A DNA stretch of 64,000 nucleotides, taken from Actinoplanes sp. Lineage in GTDB: Bacteria; Actinomycetota; Actinomycetes; Mycobacteriales; Micromonosporaceae. This document shows, piece after piece, positions 34,926-43,437 of the stretch. The stretch is taken from contig JAVHVY010000376.1 of the NCBI GenBank assembly GCA_032160305.1, positions 6,143 to 70,142 on the forward strand. Reading direction: 5' to 3'. The notes under the pieces are model-generated. The model saw only the letters and a program-made list of their open reading frames with translations. It was not told the origin of the DNA and made no database searches. Every line of letters starts with the position of its first letter. Within the stretch, counting starts at the first letter, position 1. The translations under genes and the position numbers were made by a program.

Positions 34926-36416
34926 TCAGCCGCCGACCGGGACCATCGCGCCGAGCAGCCGGTCCAGCGGGATGCTGGCGAAGCCGACCCGAACGTCGCT
35001 CGCCCCGTACGGCAGCCAGAAGCGGCCGTCGTGCACCATCCCGCCGCACGAGTAGACGACGTTGGGGACGTAGCCTTCGCGTTCGGTCTCGTCGGGGTCC
35101 AGCAGCCCCTGCGGCAGGTCGGCGAGCACCCGCTCCGGGTCGTCCAGGTCGAGCAGCATCGCGCCGATCGCGTAGCGGCGCATCGGGCCGACGCCGTGGG
35201 TCAGCACCAACCAGCCCGCCTCGGTCTCCACCGGCGAGCCGCAGTTGCCGACCTGGATCAGATCCCAGCCCCGGTGTGGCTTGAGCAGCGGGATGGCCTC
35301 CTGCCACTGCATCTGCTCATCGCGTACGGACAGTCCGAGCGTCTCGCCGTCCGAGCGGCACAGGGCCAGGTCCCGCCCGCCGACGGCCCGGGGGAACAGT
35401 GCCATGCCCTTGTTGCGGGCGGCCGGCCCGCGCATCGCGGTGACCTCGAAATGGCGCAGGTCCCGGCTGTGCAGCATCCGGCCGCCGATCTGCCGCCCGT
35501 CGTACGCGGTATAGGTCGCGTGGTAGGCAATTCGCCCGTCCGGCTCCTGAACCTGCACGAACCGGGCGTCCTCCATGCCGTTGCTCTCGGCCGGGGTGGC
35601 CGGCCAGAGCACCCGCTGGTGCAGCGCAACGGCCACCGGGAAGACGGCCGCGTAGTCGCTCGCCACGATTCGCCGGATCACTTCCAGCGTCTGCGGCGAG
35701 GTGGTCCGGGCCAGCAGCTCGCCGGGCAGGTGCGCGAGGACGTCCTCGAACTCCTCGTCGTCGTAGCGCTCGGGTAGCGCGTTCATGATGAAGGCCGAGA
35801 CCTCGTTGTCCAGATTCTCCTCGTGCAGGCCGGCCAGTAGCAGGTCGCGCCGGTGTCGGGCGCCGGTCCGCTGGCCGATCATCAGCGGCCCGCTACGGTC
35901 TTCGAGCCGGATGGTGTCACCGGGCCCGAGGATCGCCGAGCAGAAGCCGACCGAGGAGATGTGCCCTTCGCCGATCTGCCGCAGGCTGATCGCCACCCGC
36001 AGTTGGCTCTGCGAGAGGTCGTTCTGGTCGGGGTGCGGCACCATCGACGGGTTGCACAGCGCCGCCGCCTCGACCGCGAACTCGTGACTGAAGTACGCCC
36101 CGATCAGCGCCCGCCCGTTCGGCGTCAGCTCCACCTCGTGTGGGACGCGGTGGTGAACCAGGTCGTAATGATGCTGGAAGGTGCCGCAGATGTCGTGGTG
36201 GCGTCCGGCGAAGCGGGCCAGGACGTCCTCGAGCAGCCGGACGGTCTCGTCCTCCTCGAGGTGCAGGATCCGCTCGATCAGGCGGGACGCCCTGTTCTGC
36301 ACCAGCTGGGCGTCCTCGCCGGGGACGAAGAGTTTGATGACCACGCGGGTGTCGTCCGGTTCCATGACGAGGTCGTGGCGGACGGCGACGGCTGAAGTAT
36401 TCATAACTGCGGTCAC
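34926..36416 (-). CDS. GH130-like glycosidase/phosphorylase with long N-terminal extension
   Basis: EAAALCNPS, GEGHISS, GMEDARF, TYTAYDG, RNKGMALFPR, GNCGSP, THGVGPMRRY, GYVPNVVYSCG. Start is 36416 or 36404. Confidence 0.82.
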   Translation of the reverse strand: MTAVMNTSAVAVRHDLVMEPDDTRVVIKLFVPGEDAQLVQNRASRLIERILHLEEDETVRLLEDVLARFAGRHHDICGTFQHHYDLVHHRVPHEVELTPNGRALIGAYFSHEFAVEAAALCNPSMVPHPDQNDLSQSQLRVAISLRQIGEGHISSVGFCSAILGPGDTIRLEDRSGPLMIGQRTGARHRRDLLLAGLHEENLDNEVSAFIMNALPERYDDEEFEDVLAHLPGELLARTTSPQTLEVIRRIVASDYAAVFPVAVALHQRVLWPATPAESNGMEDARFVQVQEPDGRIAYHATYTAYDGRQIGGRMLHSRDLRHFEVTAMRGPAARNKGMALFPRAVGGRDLALCRSDGETLGLSVRDEQMQWQEAIPLLKPHRGWDLIQVGNCGSPVETEAGWLVLTHGVGPMRRYAIGAMLLDLDDPERVLADLPQGLLDPDETEREGYVPNVVYSCGGMVHDGRFWLPYGASDVRVGFASIPLDRLLGAMVPVGG

Positions 36417-36417
36417 G

Positions 36418-37497
36418 CTAGCCGCCTGACGGTCGGGTCGCGCCGCGGGACGCCAGTTGCCGTGCGTGCTGCAAAGTGGCGAGAAGCGCGAGAGTGGATT
36501 CGGCACCTTGGTTCACATTAGGCCCATCTGGAGTGAGCCCGTCATATCCTCCACCGGTTTGCGGGTCGAACATGACCACCGACGTATCGTTGTCGCCCAG
36601 GAACCAGGCGATCGCCTGGAGCAACGGCGCGTCCCACCGATCGTCACCGGTCACGGCGGCCGCAGTGGCACAGGCGTCCGCGGTGGCGGCGGTCTCGATC
36701 GCCTGCTGGTCGTGCCGGTGCTTGGGGATCCCGGGCCGCCAGCCGCCGACCGGCACGGTCGACAGGTGGCCCCGGTGCTCCTGCATCCGGCAGAGCCAGG
36801 ACAGCATCCGCAGCCCGTCGGCGAGCAGCGGCTCGTCGCCGAGCAGGTCGCCGGCCGCGATCAGCACCTCGGCCAGCGCCGGGTTGGCGTAGGTCAGCTC
36901 GCGCTCCGGCCACACCCACTCCGGGTCCGAACCGGGCATCCCGATCACGGTCGCCGCGTCGGCCAGCAGGTCGGCGGCCGTCGACGAGTGCGGGTCGGCG
37001 CGCAGCACCTCCGCCGCGCCCAGCCCGGCAAAGGCCATCGCCCGCGACCACGTCGAGCGTTGCCGGGCGGCGATCCCGAACGCCTCGCGAGCCTCGGCCC
37101 GGATCCACGGCACGCTGCTGCGGCTGGCGGCCGTGCCCAACCCCCAGACCGCGCGGCCCCACCAGTCTCCCGTCGACGGCTCGTCGGTCCAGCGTCGGTC
37201 GTGGCCCATCCGGTTGCGGCACCGCCCGTCCGGGGCGAGCGCGTGGGTCAGGAAGGCCAGATACCGTTCGGCCAGGCCGGCGACCACGGCGGTGGGCTGG
37301 CGCTCCCGGCTCACGACCAGCAGTCCGCGGGCCACGTCGTCGACGCAGTAGCCGTGCTCCCGGCGCGCGATCGCGTTACGGGCGTGCTCGAACAGGCCGG
37401 TGTCGTCGGAGAGCCGGGCGAGGTGCGCCCAGTTCGGCTCGGGCGCGTCGGCGAGGGTGAGCGGCGGCGGTACGAGCCGCAGGGTCTGCACAGTCAC
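36418..37497 (-). CDS. Glycosyltransferase-associated six-hairpin-like domain protein
   Basis: HLARLSDDTGLFEHA, GYCVDDVARGL, DQQAIE, WFLGDN, GGGYDGL...NQGAESTLA. Fold assignment is from family knowledge. Confidence 0.75.
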   Translation of the reverse strand: MTVQTLRLVPPPLTLADAPEPNWAHLARLSDDTGLFEHARNAIARREHGYCVDDVARGLLVVSRERQPTAVVAGLAERYLAFLTHALAPDGRCRNRMGHDRRWTDEPSTGDWWGRAVWGLGTAASRSSVPWIRAEAREAFGIAARQRSTWSRAMAFAGLGAAEVLRADPHSSTAADLLADAATVIGMPGSDPEWVWPERELTYANPALAEVLIAAGDLLGDEPLLADGLRMLSWLCRMQEHRGHLSTVPVGGWRPGIPKHRHDQQAIETAATADACATAAAVTGDDRWDAPLLQAIAWFLGDNDTSVVMFDPQTGGGYDGLTPDGPNVNQGAESTLALLATLQHARQLASRGATRPSGG

Positions 37498-37616
37498 GCG
37501 GTGCCTGCCTTAGGCGCGCGCTCGCGGCCTTCGCTGCGCTCGGTGCACTCGCTCACGCCCGTGCCGGCCTTAGGCGTGCGCTCGCGGCCCTCGCTGCGCT
37601 CGGTGCACTCGCTCAT
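37494..37616 (-). repeat. Two tandem 60-bp units forming a 40-aa mini-ORF coupled to both neighbours (MIRU-like)
   Basis: Units 37501-37560 and 37561-37620. MSECTERSEGRERTPKAGTG-VSECTERSEGRERAPKAGTA. ATG overlaps the upstream TGA; TGA overlaps the downstream GTG. Confidence 0.75.
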
Positions 37617-38761
37617 GCCGGCAGCTTCGCGGCGTTCGGGATCTGGCTGCGGTCGGCCAGCAGCCGGGTCGCGAGCGCCGCGTAGCGGGCGGCGACGGCG
37701 GGCCAGCGCAGGGTCGGGCCGCCGGTCAGCCCGCTCAGCCCGGCCACGTGTGGCTGAGTGATCAGATGCCCGATCGCCGCGGCCATCGCCTCCGGGTTCT
37801 GGTGCGGGACGAGCAGCCCCGGACCGTCGGCGAGCAACTCGACGGCGTGCGGGAACTCCGTCGCGACCACCGGTACGTCCGCGCCGACCGCCTCGATCAG
37901 CACCCCCGAGGTGACCTGCTCGGTCGAGTCGTACGGCAGCAGCACCACGTCGGCCGAGCGGATCAGCCGGCTCAGGGTGGCCTGGTCGTGATAGACGTCG
38001 TCCCAGGTCACCGAGTCGGCCACGCCCAGTTCGGCGGCCAGCGCCTGCAGCGACCCGCGGTAGACGTCGCCGTCTTTGGCGAGCACGTTCGGGTGGGTCC
38101 GGCCGGCCACGGTATAGGTCGGGGCCGGGTGCCGGTCCTGCAGCAGGGCCAGCGCGCGCAGTGCCCATTCGATGCCCTTACCCGGGCCGAGCAGGCCCCA
38201 GGTGAGCAGATGCGGGCGCTCGCGATGGTCGCGCGGGGCGCTGGAGTGGCTGGCCGCGCCGTGCGGGATCACCGTCACCTTGCGCGGGTCGACGTGGTAT
38301 CCGGCGGTCAACCGGTGCCGGGCGGTGTCGGTCATCGTCACCACGGCGTCGGCCCGCGCGGCCATCTTCTCCAGGACCGCACGCTGCAACGGGTCCGGGT
38401 TGCTCAGCACGGTGTGCAGCACGACGATCGAGGGCACCTTGAGCCCGCGCAGCAGCGGCAGCACCTCCGCGCCGGCGTCGCCGGGGTAGATGCCGTACTC
38501 GTGCTGGAGGATCGCCACGTCGAAGCGGTTCAGGGCGTTGGTCGCGGCGACCCAACCGCCCAGTGCGCCGGTGCGCCAGGTGTGCACCACCTGGGGCGCC
38601 TGGCGGTCCAGTGGCAGTCCGCCCGCCTTGTCGTCGGCCAGCAGGCGGACCACACCGCTGCCGCCCAGCGTGTTCAGGTGGGTCGCGAGTGCCGCATTGA
38701 ACGTCGCCAAACCGCATTGGGTCGGTGGATAGGTGCTGAGAAAGCCGTACGTCGCGGGCAT
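37613..38761 (-). CDS. GT4 family glycosyltransferase
   Basis: STYPPTQCGLATF, LQHEYGI, WGLLGPGKGIE, QVTSGVLIEA; ATG 38761. Confidence 0.9.
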   Translation of the reverse strand: MPATYGFLSTYPPTQCGLATFNAALATHLNTLGGSGVVRLLADDKAGGLPLDRQAPQVVHTWRTGALGGWVAATNALNRFDVAILQHEYGIYPGDAGAEVLPLLRGLKVPSIVVLHTVLSNPDPLQRAVLEKMAARADAVVTMTDTARHRLTAGYHVDPRKVTVIPHGAASHSSAPRDHRERPHLLTWGLLGPGKGIEWALRALALLQDRHPAPTYTVAGRTHPNVLAKDGDVYRGSLQALAAELGVADSVTWDDVYHDQATLSRLIRSADVVLLPYDSTEQVTSGVLIEAVGADVPVVATEFPHAVELLADGPGLLVPHQNPEAMAAAIGHLITQPHVAGLSGLTGGPTLRWPAVAARYAALATRLLADRSQIPNAAKLPA

Positions 38762-38918
38762 GACCAGCCCTTTCTTGTCAGCGGCTGCCCCCGACGCAGG
38801 TTCTGGTCGGCGCTGGTGGGCACGCCGGCGCCGCCGCGCGGGCGACTCGCCGGCCAATCGGAGAAATGATTCCGATCAGCGCGTATTGCACCTAGCGACG
38901 TTAACAAGAACCGTTTGT

Positions 38919-39920
38919 TCAGCTGACGATTTTGCGGTAAATCCGCAGGTAGTCGTCGACCATGCGGTCCGCGCCGAAGCGTTCCCGGGCCCGTTCGCGG
39001 CACGACGCCCGGTCGATGCCGCCGATCGCCGCGACGGCCGCGACGGCCTCGTCGACCGTCTCCACCAGCCGGCCGGTCACCCCGTCGTCGACCACCTCCG
39101 GCATCGAACCCTTGCGGTAGGCGACCACCGGGGTCCCGCAGGCCATCGCCTCCACCACCGAGAGCCCGAACGGCTCGGCGAAGCCGATCGGGTGCAGCAG
39201 CGCCGCCGCCGAGCCCAGGATCCGGCCCCGGTCCGCCGGCCCGACCGAGCCGAGGTAGACCACCCGGTCCCCGTCGATGCGCGGCTCCACCAGCTCCCGG
39301 AAGTAGTTCTGGTCCTGCACGATGCCGCAGACGATCAGTCGGCGGCCGGCCCGGCGGGCGATCTCGATCGCGTCGTGGGTGCCCTTGTCCGGGTGGATCC
39401 GGCCGAACGCGACCAGGTCGGCGCTACCGGCCGGGTCGAAGGGCAGTTCGTCGAGGTCGATGCCGTGATACACGGTGCCGAGATAGTCGAGGTCCGGCGA
39501 GCGGTCGCTGTCGGAGATCGAGACGAAGGAGGACCGGCTGCGCGCGTACGCGGGCAGGATCCTGGGTCCGGAAAAGCCGTGGATCGTGGTCAGCATCGGG
39601 GCGCCGCAGAAGCCGGAGAAGGCCAGCGGCAGCCAGTCGAGGTGGTTGTGCACGAGGTCGAACTCGCCGGAGCGGCCGAGCGCGTGCGCGACGTGGATGG
39701 CCTCCCAGACCCGCCCGTCGATCGACGGATCCGTCTCGTAGCCGGTCGCCACGACGCCGTCGAGGGTGGCCTTCGTGACCGAGTCGAGGGTGGCGAAGAG
39801 GGTCACCTCGACGCCGCGTGCGGTCAGACCCTCGGCGAGCAGGCTGGTGATCAGCTCCCACGGCCCGTAGTGGACCGGTGGCGTACGCCAGGCGATCGGC
39901 CCCAGCAACGCCACCTTCAC
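38919..39920 (-). CDS. GT4 family glycosyltransferase
   Basis: PPVHYGPWE, FGRIHPDKG, EPFGLSVVEAMACGTPV. Confidence 0.92.
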   Translation of the reverse strand: MKVALLGPIAWRTPPVHYGPWELITSLLAEGLTARGVEVTLFATLDSVTKATLDGVVATGYETDPSIDGRVWEAIHVAHALGRSGEFDLVHNHLDWLPLAFSGFCGAPMLTTIHGFSGPRILPAYARSRSSFVSISDSDRSPDLDYLGTVYHGIDLDELPFDPAGSADLVAFGRIHPDKGTHDAIEIARRAGRRLIVCGIVQDQNYFRELVEPRIDGDRVVYLGSVGPADRGRILGSAAALLHPIGFAEPFGLSVVEAMACGTPVVAYRKGSMPEVVDDGVTGRLVETVDEAVAAVAAIGGIDRASCRERARERFGADRMVDDYLRIYRKIVS

Positions 39921-40002
39921 GACAAAAGCTCCATTTCGACGATAACCACGTGTTCAGTATGCCGTGCCCGTCTACCCGCCGATCCCGTGCTAGAGAAGAC
40001 CC

Positions 40003-41703
40003 ATGGCAGGCGAGTGGTGGAAGACGGCGGTCGTCTATCAGATCTATCCGCGCAGTTTCGCCGACGCGGACGGTGACGGGATGGGCGATCTGCGGGGCGT
40101 CATCGCTCACCTGGACTACCTGGCCGGCCTCGGCGTGGACGTGCTCTGGCTGTCGCCGGTCTACCCGTCCCCGCAGGACGACAACGGCTACGACATCAGC
40201 GACTACCAGGACATCGATCCGCTGTTCGGCTCGCTGGAGATCTTCGACGAACTGCTCGCCGGGGTGCACGAGCGCGGCCTGAAGCTGGTGATGGACCTGG
40301 TCGTCAACCACACCTCGGACGAGCACCCGTGGTTCGCCGAGAGCCGGTCGTCGGTGGACAACCCGAAACGGGACTGGTACTGGTGGCGGCCGCCGCGTGC
40401 GGGCATGGCCGGCGGGACGCCCGGGGCGGAACCGACCAACTGGGGCTCCTTCTTCGGCGGCCCGGTCTGGGAGTTCGACGCGGCGACCGGCGCTTACTAC
40501 CTGCACCTGTTCTCAGCCAAGCAACCCGACCTGAACTGGGAGAATCCGCAGGTCCGCGAGGCCGTCTACGCGATGATGCGCTGGTGGCTCGACCGGGGCG
40601 TGGACGGCTTCCGGATGGACGTCATCAACATGATCTCCAAGGACACCGCGCTGCCCGACGGCAACCTGCCCACCGGCGGGGCGTACGCGGACGGTTCGGC
40701 GTCCTTCATCGACGGCCCGCGGATCCACGAATTCCTGCACGAGATGTACGACCAGGTCTTCCACGGCCGCGAGGCGCTGCTGACCGTGGGCGAGATGCCG
40801 GGCGTGACGGTCGAGGAGGCGATCCGCTACACCGACCCGACCCGTCAGGAAGTCGACATGGTCTTCCAGTTCGACCACGTCTGGGCGGACCGCGGCCCCG
40901 ACCCGTGGCAGCTGATCCCGCTGCGGCTCACCACCTTGAAGGCGATCTTCGGGCGCTGGCAGGCCGGCCTGGCCGAGCGGGGCTGGAACAGTCTCTACTG
41001 GAACAACCACGACCAGCCGCGGGTGGTCTCCCGCTACGGCGACGACGCTGACTTCCGGGTCGAGTCGGCCAAGATGCTCGGCACCGTGCTGCACCTGCAC
41101 CGCGGGACGCCGTACGTCTACCAGGGCGAAGAGCTCGCGATGACCAACTATCCGTTCCGGACGATCGCCGACTTCCGCGACATCGAGGCCCTCGGGCAGT
41201 ACGCGGACGCCGTCGGCAAACTCGGCCGCTCCCCGGAAGAGGTGCTGACCGTCCTGCGCGCCCGCGGCCGGGACAACGCCCGCACACCGATGCAGTGGGA
41301 CGACTCGCCGCAGGCCGGCTTCACCACCGGAACGCCGTGGCTGGCGGTCAACCCGAACCACACCACGGTCAACGCCGCCGCCGCGGTGGCCGACCCGGAT
41401 TCGGTCTACCACCACTACCGCAAGCTCGCCGAGCTGCGGCACAGCGAGCCGGCCGTGGTGGCGGGCGACTTCACCATGCTGCTTCCGCACGACGAACGGC
41501 TCTACGCCTTCACCCGGCGGCTCGGCACGACTGAGCTGCTGGTGATCGGCAACTTCAGCGCCGACACGGTCGCCGCCGGGATCGACGACGCCGCGGCGTG
41601 GGCAGCCGCCGAACTGGTGCTGACCAACACCGCGACGCCGGGCGACGATCTCATCTTGGGGCCATGGCAGGTAGTGGTGTACCGCCGCGCGGTCACCCGG
41701 TGA
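40003..41703 (+). CDS. GH13 alpha-glucosidase / oligo-1,6-glucosidase
   Basis: YQIYPRSF, DNGYDISDY, DLVVNHTSDEH, QPDLN, GFRMDV, VGEM, NNHDQPR, RDNARTPMQW. Confidence 0.95.
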   Translation: MAGEWWKTAVVYQIYPRSFADADGDGMGDLRGVIAHLDYLAGLGVDVLWLSPVYPSPQDDNGYDISDYQDIDPLFGSLEIFDELLAGVHERGLKLVMDLVVNHTSDEHPWFAESRSSVDNPKRDWYWWRPPRAGMAGGTPGAEPTNWGSFFGGPVWEFDAATGAYYLHLFSAKQPDLNWENPQVREAVYAMMRWWLDRGVDGFRMDVINMISKDTALPDGNLPTGGAYADGSASFIDGPRIHEFLHEMYDQVFHGREALLTVGEMPGVTVEEAIRYTDPTRQEVDMVFQFDHVWADRGPDPWQLIPLRLTTLKAIFGRWQAGLAERGWNSLYWNNHDQPRVVSRYGDDADFRVESAKMLGTVLHLHRGTPYVYQGEELAMTNYPFRTIADFRDIEALGQYADAVGKLGRSPEEVLTVLRARGRDNARTPMQWDDSPQAGFTTGTPWLAVNPNHTTVNAAAAVADPDSVYHHYRKLAELRHSEPAVVAGDFTMLLPHDERLYAFTRRLGTTELLVIGNFSADTVAAGIDDAAAWAAAELVLTNTATPGDDLILGPWQVVVYRRAVTR

Positions 41704-41732
41704 AACGGCTCAGCCGGTGAAACGGCTCAGCC
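41699..41732. repeat. 17-bp direct tandem duplication at convergent gene ends
   Basis: GGTGAAACGGCTCAGCC x2. Confidence 0.8.
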
Positions 41733-41873
41733 GGTGATCGTGTTCCACGAGTAGGCGAGCAGCGCGAAGGCCGCGCCGAGCAGCGCCAGCGAGACCCCGC
41801 GGGTGCCGATCGGTAGCGCGGCGAGCACGAGCAGGATCACGGCGACGAGGTAGAAAAGGGCAGGCAATGACAT
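41727..41873 (-). CDS. Small hydrophobic membrane protein, 48 aa
   Basis: MSLPALFYLVAVILLVLAALPIGTRGVSLALLGAAFALLAYSWNTITG; RBS GAGGAG 5 nt upstream; two TM-like segments. Confidence 0.7.
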   Translation of the reverse strand: MSLPALFYLVAVILLVLAALPIGTRGVSLALLGAAFALLAYSWNTITG

Positions 41874-41908
41874 CGGAACTCCTCGATAGGTTGGGTGGCA
41901 GAGCGGCA

Positions 41909-41935
41909 ATACCCCGCTGTCGAGGATTTTCAAAC
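41909..41935 (-). promoter_or_regulatory. SigF/SigB-family promoter candidate for the 48-aa gene
   Basis: Minus strand GTTT-N17-GGGTAT, matching the actinobacterial group 3 stress sigma consensus. Confidence 0.55.
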
Positions 41936-42051
41936 CACGGTGCGCGTCGGCGCCTTGACCCGCGCAGTGTCGGGGGCCACTCGGGAGCCGGGTGGGTGCA
42001 AGTGGGGAGCGGGTGCTCAGGCGGGCGTACGGGCACCCGATCCCAGGTTGC

Positions 42052-43290
42052 GTGCACACCTTCGCGACCTCAACCGTTGCCCGCCGGCGTCTGCGGGCCG
42101 GGCTGGCCGTGGCCGTCCTCGCTGCCGGCCTGGGCTGGGCCCCGCACGCCGCCCAGGGTGACGAGGTCACCCCGCCGGTAGCCACCGAGTCAGCGGAGCC
42201 CACGGCACCGCCCGAGCCGGTCCCGCCCACGGCACCGCCCGAGCCGGTCCCGCCCACAGCACCGCCCGAGCCGGTCCCGCCCACAGCACCGGCAACGCCG
42301 GTCCCGCCGACCGCGACTGTCCCGCCCCCGCCGAGGGTTACGCCCCCGGTGTCGGTGACGCCGGTCGCAGTGCGGATCATGCCGCTCGGGGACTCGATCA
42401 CCGCGGGTGTTGGCAGCAGCGCCGGCAGCGGCTACCGGCAGGTGCTGCGGGGCGAGCTGGCGGCGAACGGGTTGCGCGTGGACTTCGTCGGCTCCCAGCG
42501 GCGCGGGCCGGGGCCGGACGCCGACAACGAGGGGCATCCGGGCTGGCGTACGGACCAGCTCATCGACGGCCTGCGACCGTGGCTGGCCGCGGCCCGGCCC
42601 GACGTGGTGCTGCTCGACATCGGCACCAACGACCTGCTCCGCAACGTCCACCCGGACTCCGCGCCGGGTCGCACCGCCAACTTGATCGACCGGATCACCC
42701 GCCAGCTGCCGAAGGCGCGGGTAATCGTCGCGAAACTGCTGGTCGTCGGGCGGGACGCGGCCCGGTTCCGGCGTTTCAACGCGGCCCTCGCCGCCGTGGT
42801 GGCGGCGCGCGGGCCCCGGGTGACGATGGCCGACATGTCCCGGGTGCCCGCCGCCGAGACGGGTGACGGCGTGCACCCGACCGACCTCGGCTACCGGCAG
42901 ATGGCCTACCAGTGGTACCAGGCGCTGCGCCCGGTGCTGGCCGGCCGCGCCGGGCGGTGGATGCCGGCGCCCGACCCGTTCCCGATGCCGGCGGTGCGGC
43001 TCTCCCGTCCGGTCGCCGTCCGGCGGGGCGCCGCGGTCGTCCTCACGGGACGCTTGACCGCGCGGCTGACCAGCGGCGATCTCGGTCGGGTGCCGGTGCG
43101 GTTGACGTACCGCCGGGCCGGTACCGACCGCTGGGTGTCGATGGGCGCGCGAAGCACCGATGCCGCGGGCGCGGTGATCTTCAGCCGCCGCCAGCAGCCT
43201 TCGGGTTACTACCAGGCGACCGTCGTGAGTGGTCGCGCCGCCGGCCGGCGCAGCCCGGTGATCCGCGCCCCGGCCGGCGCAGCCCGGTGA
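42052..43290 (+). CDS. Secreted SGNH/GDSL hydrolase with Pro-rich linker
   Basis: Signal-like N-terminus; block I MPLGDSIT, GHPGW, DIGTND, DGVHP. Confidence 0.85.
   Translation: MHTFATSTVARRRLRAGLAVAVLAAGLGWAPHAAQGDEVTPPVATESAEPTAPPEPVPPTAPPEPVPPTAPPEPVPPTAPATPVPPTATVPPPPRVTPPVSVTPVAVRIMPLGDSITAGVGSSAGSGYRQVLRGELAANGLRVDFVGSQRRGPGPDADNEGHPGWRTDQLIDGLRPWLAAARPDVVLLDIGTNDLLRNVHPDSAPGRTANLIDRITRQLPKARVIVAKLLVVGRDAARFRRFNAALAAVVAARGPRVTMADMSRVPAAETGDGVHPTDLGYRQMAYQWYQALRPVLAGRAGRWMPAPDPFPMPAVRLSRPVAVRRGAAVVLTGRLTARLTSGDLGRVPVRLTYRRAGTDRWVSMGARSTDAAGAVIFSRRQQPSGYYQATVVSGRAAGRRSPVIRAPAGAAR
42199..42306 (+). repeat. 27-bp coding tandem repeat x4 (PTAPPEPVP)
   Basis: CCCACGGCACCGCCCGAGCCGGTCCCG units; the fourth is diverged. 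Confidence 0.9.
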
Positions 43291-43336
43291 TCCGCGCCGC
43301 CGGCCGGCGCAGCCCGGTGATCCGGGCCGCCGGCCG
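43234..43336 (+). repeat. 30-bp tandem repeat x3.5 across the SGNH stop; one unit is 29 bp
   Basis: CGCGCCGCCGGCCGGCGCAGCCCGGTGATC at 43234, 43264 (1-nt deletion), 43293 and partial at 43323. Confidence 0.85.
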
Positions 43337-43437
43337 CTGACCCGCGGTCAGCTCGCCGCGGGCCGAATCCAGACCTGACAGAGCCCTTCGGAGCAGGAAC
43401 GATTCCGAACCTGCCGCCTCAAGGCAGACATCTGCGG

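Noticed and set aside
37501-37620. CRISPR array
   Set aside because: Two contiguous 60-bp units with no unique spacers and no cas genes.
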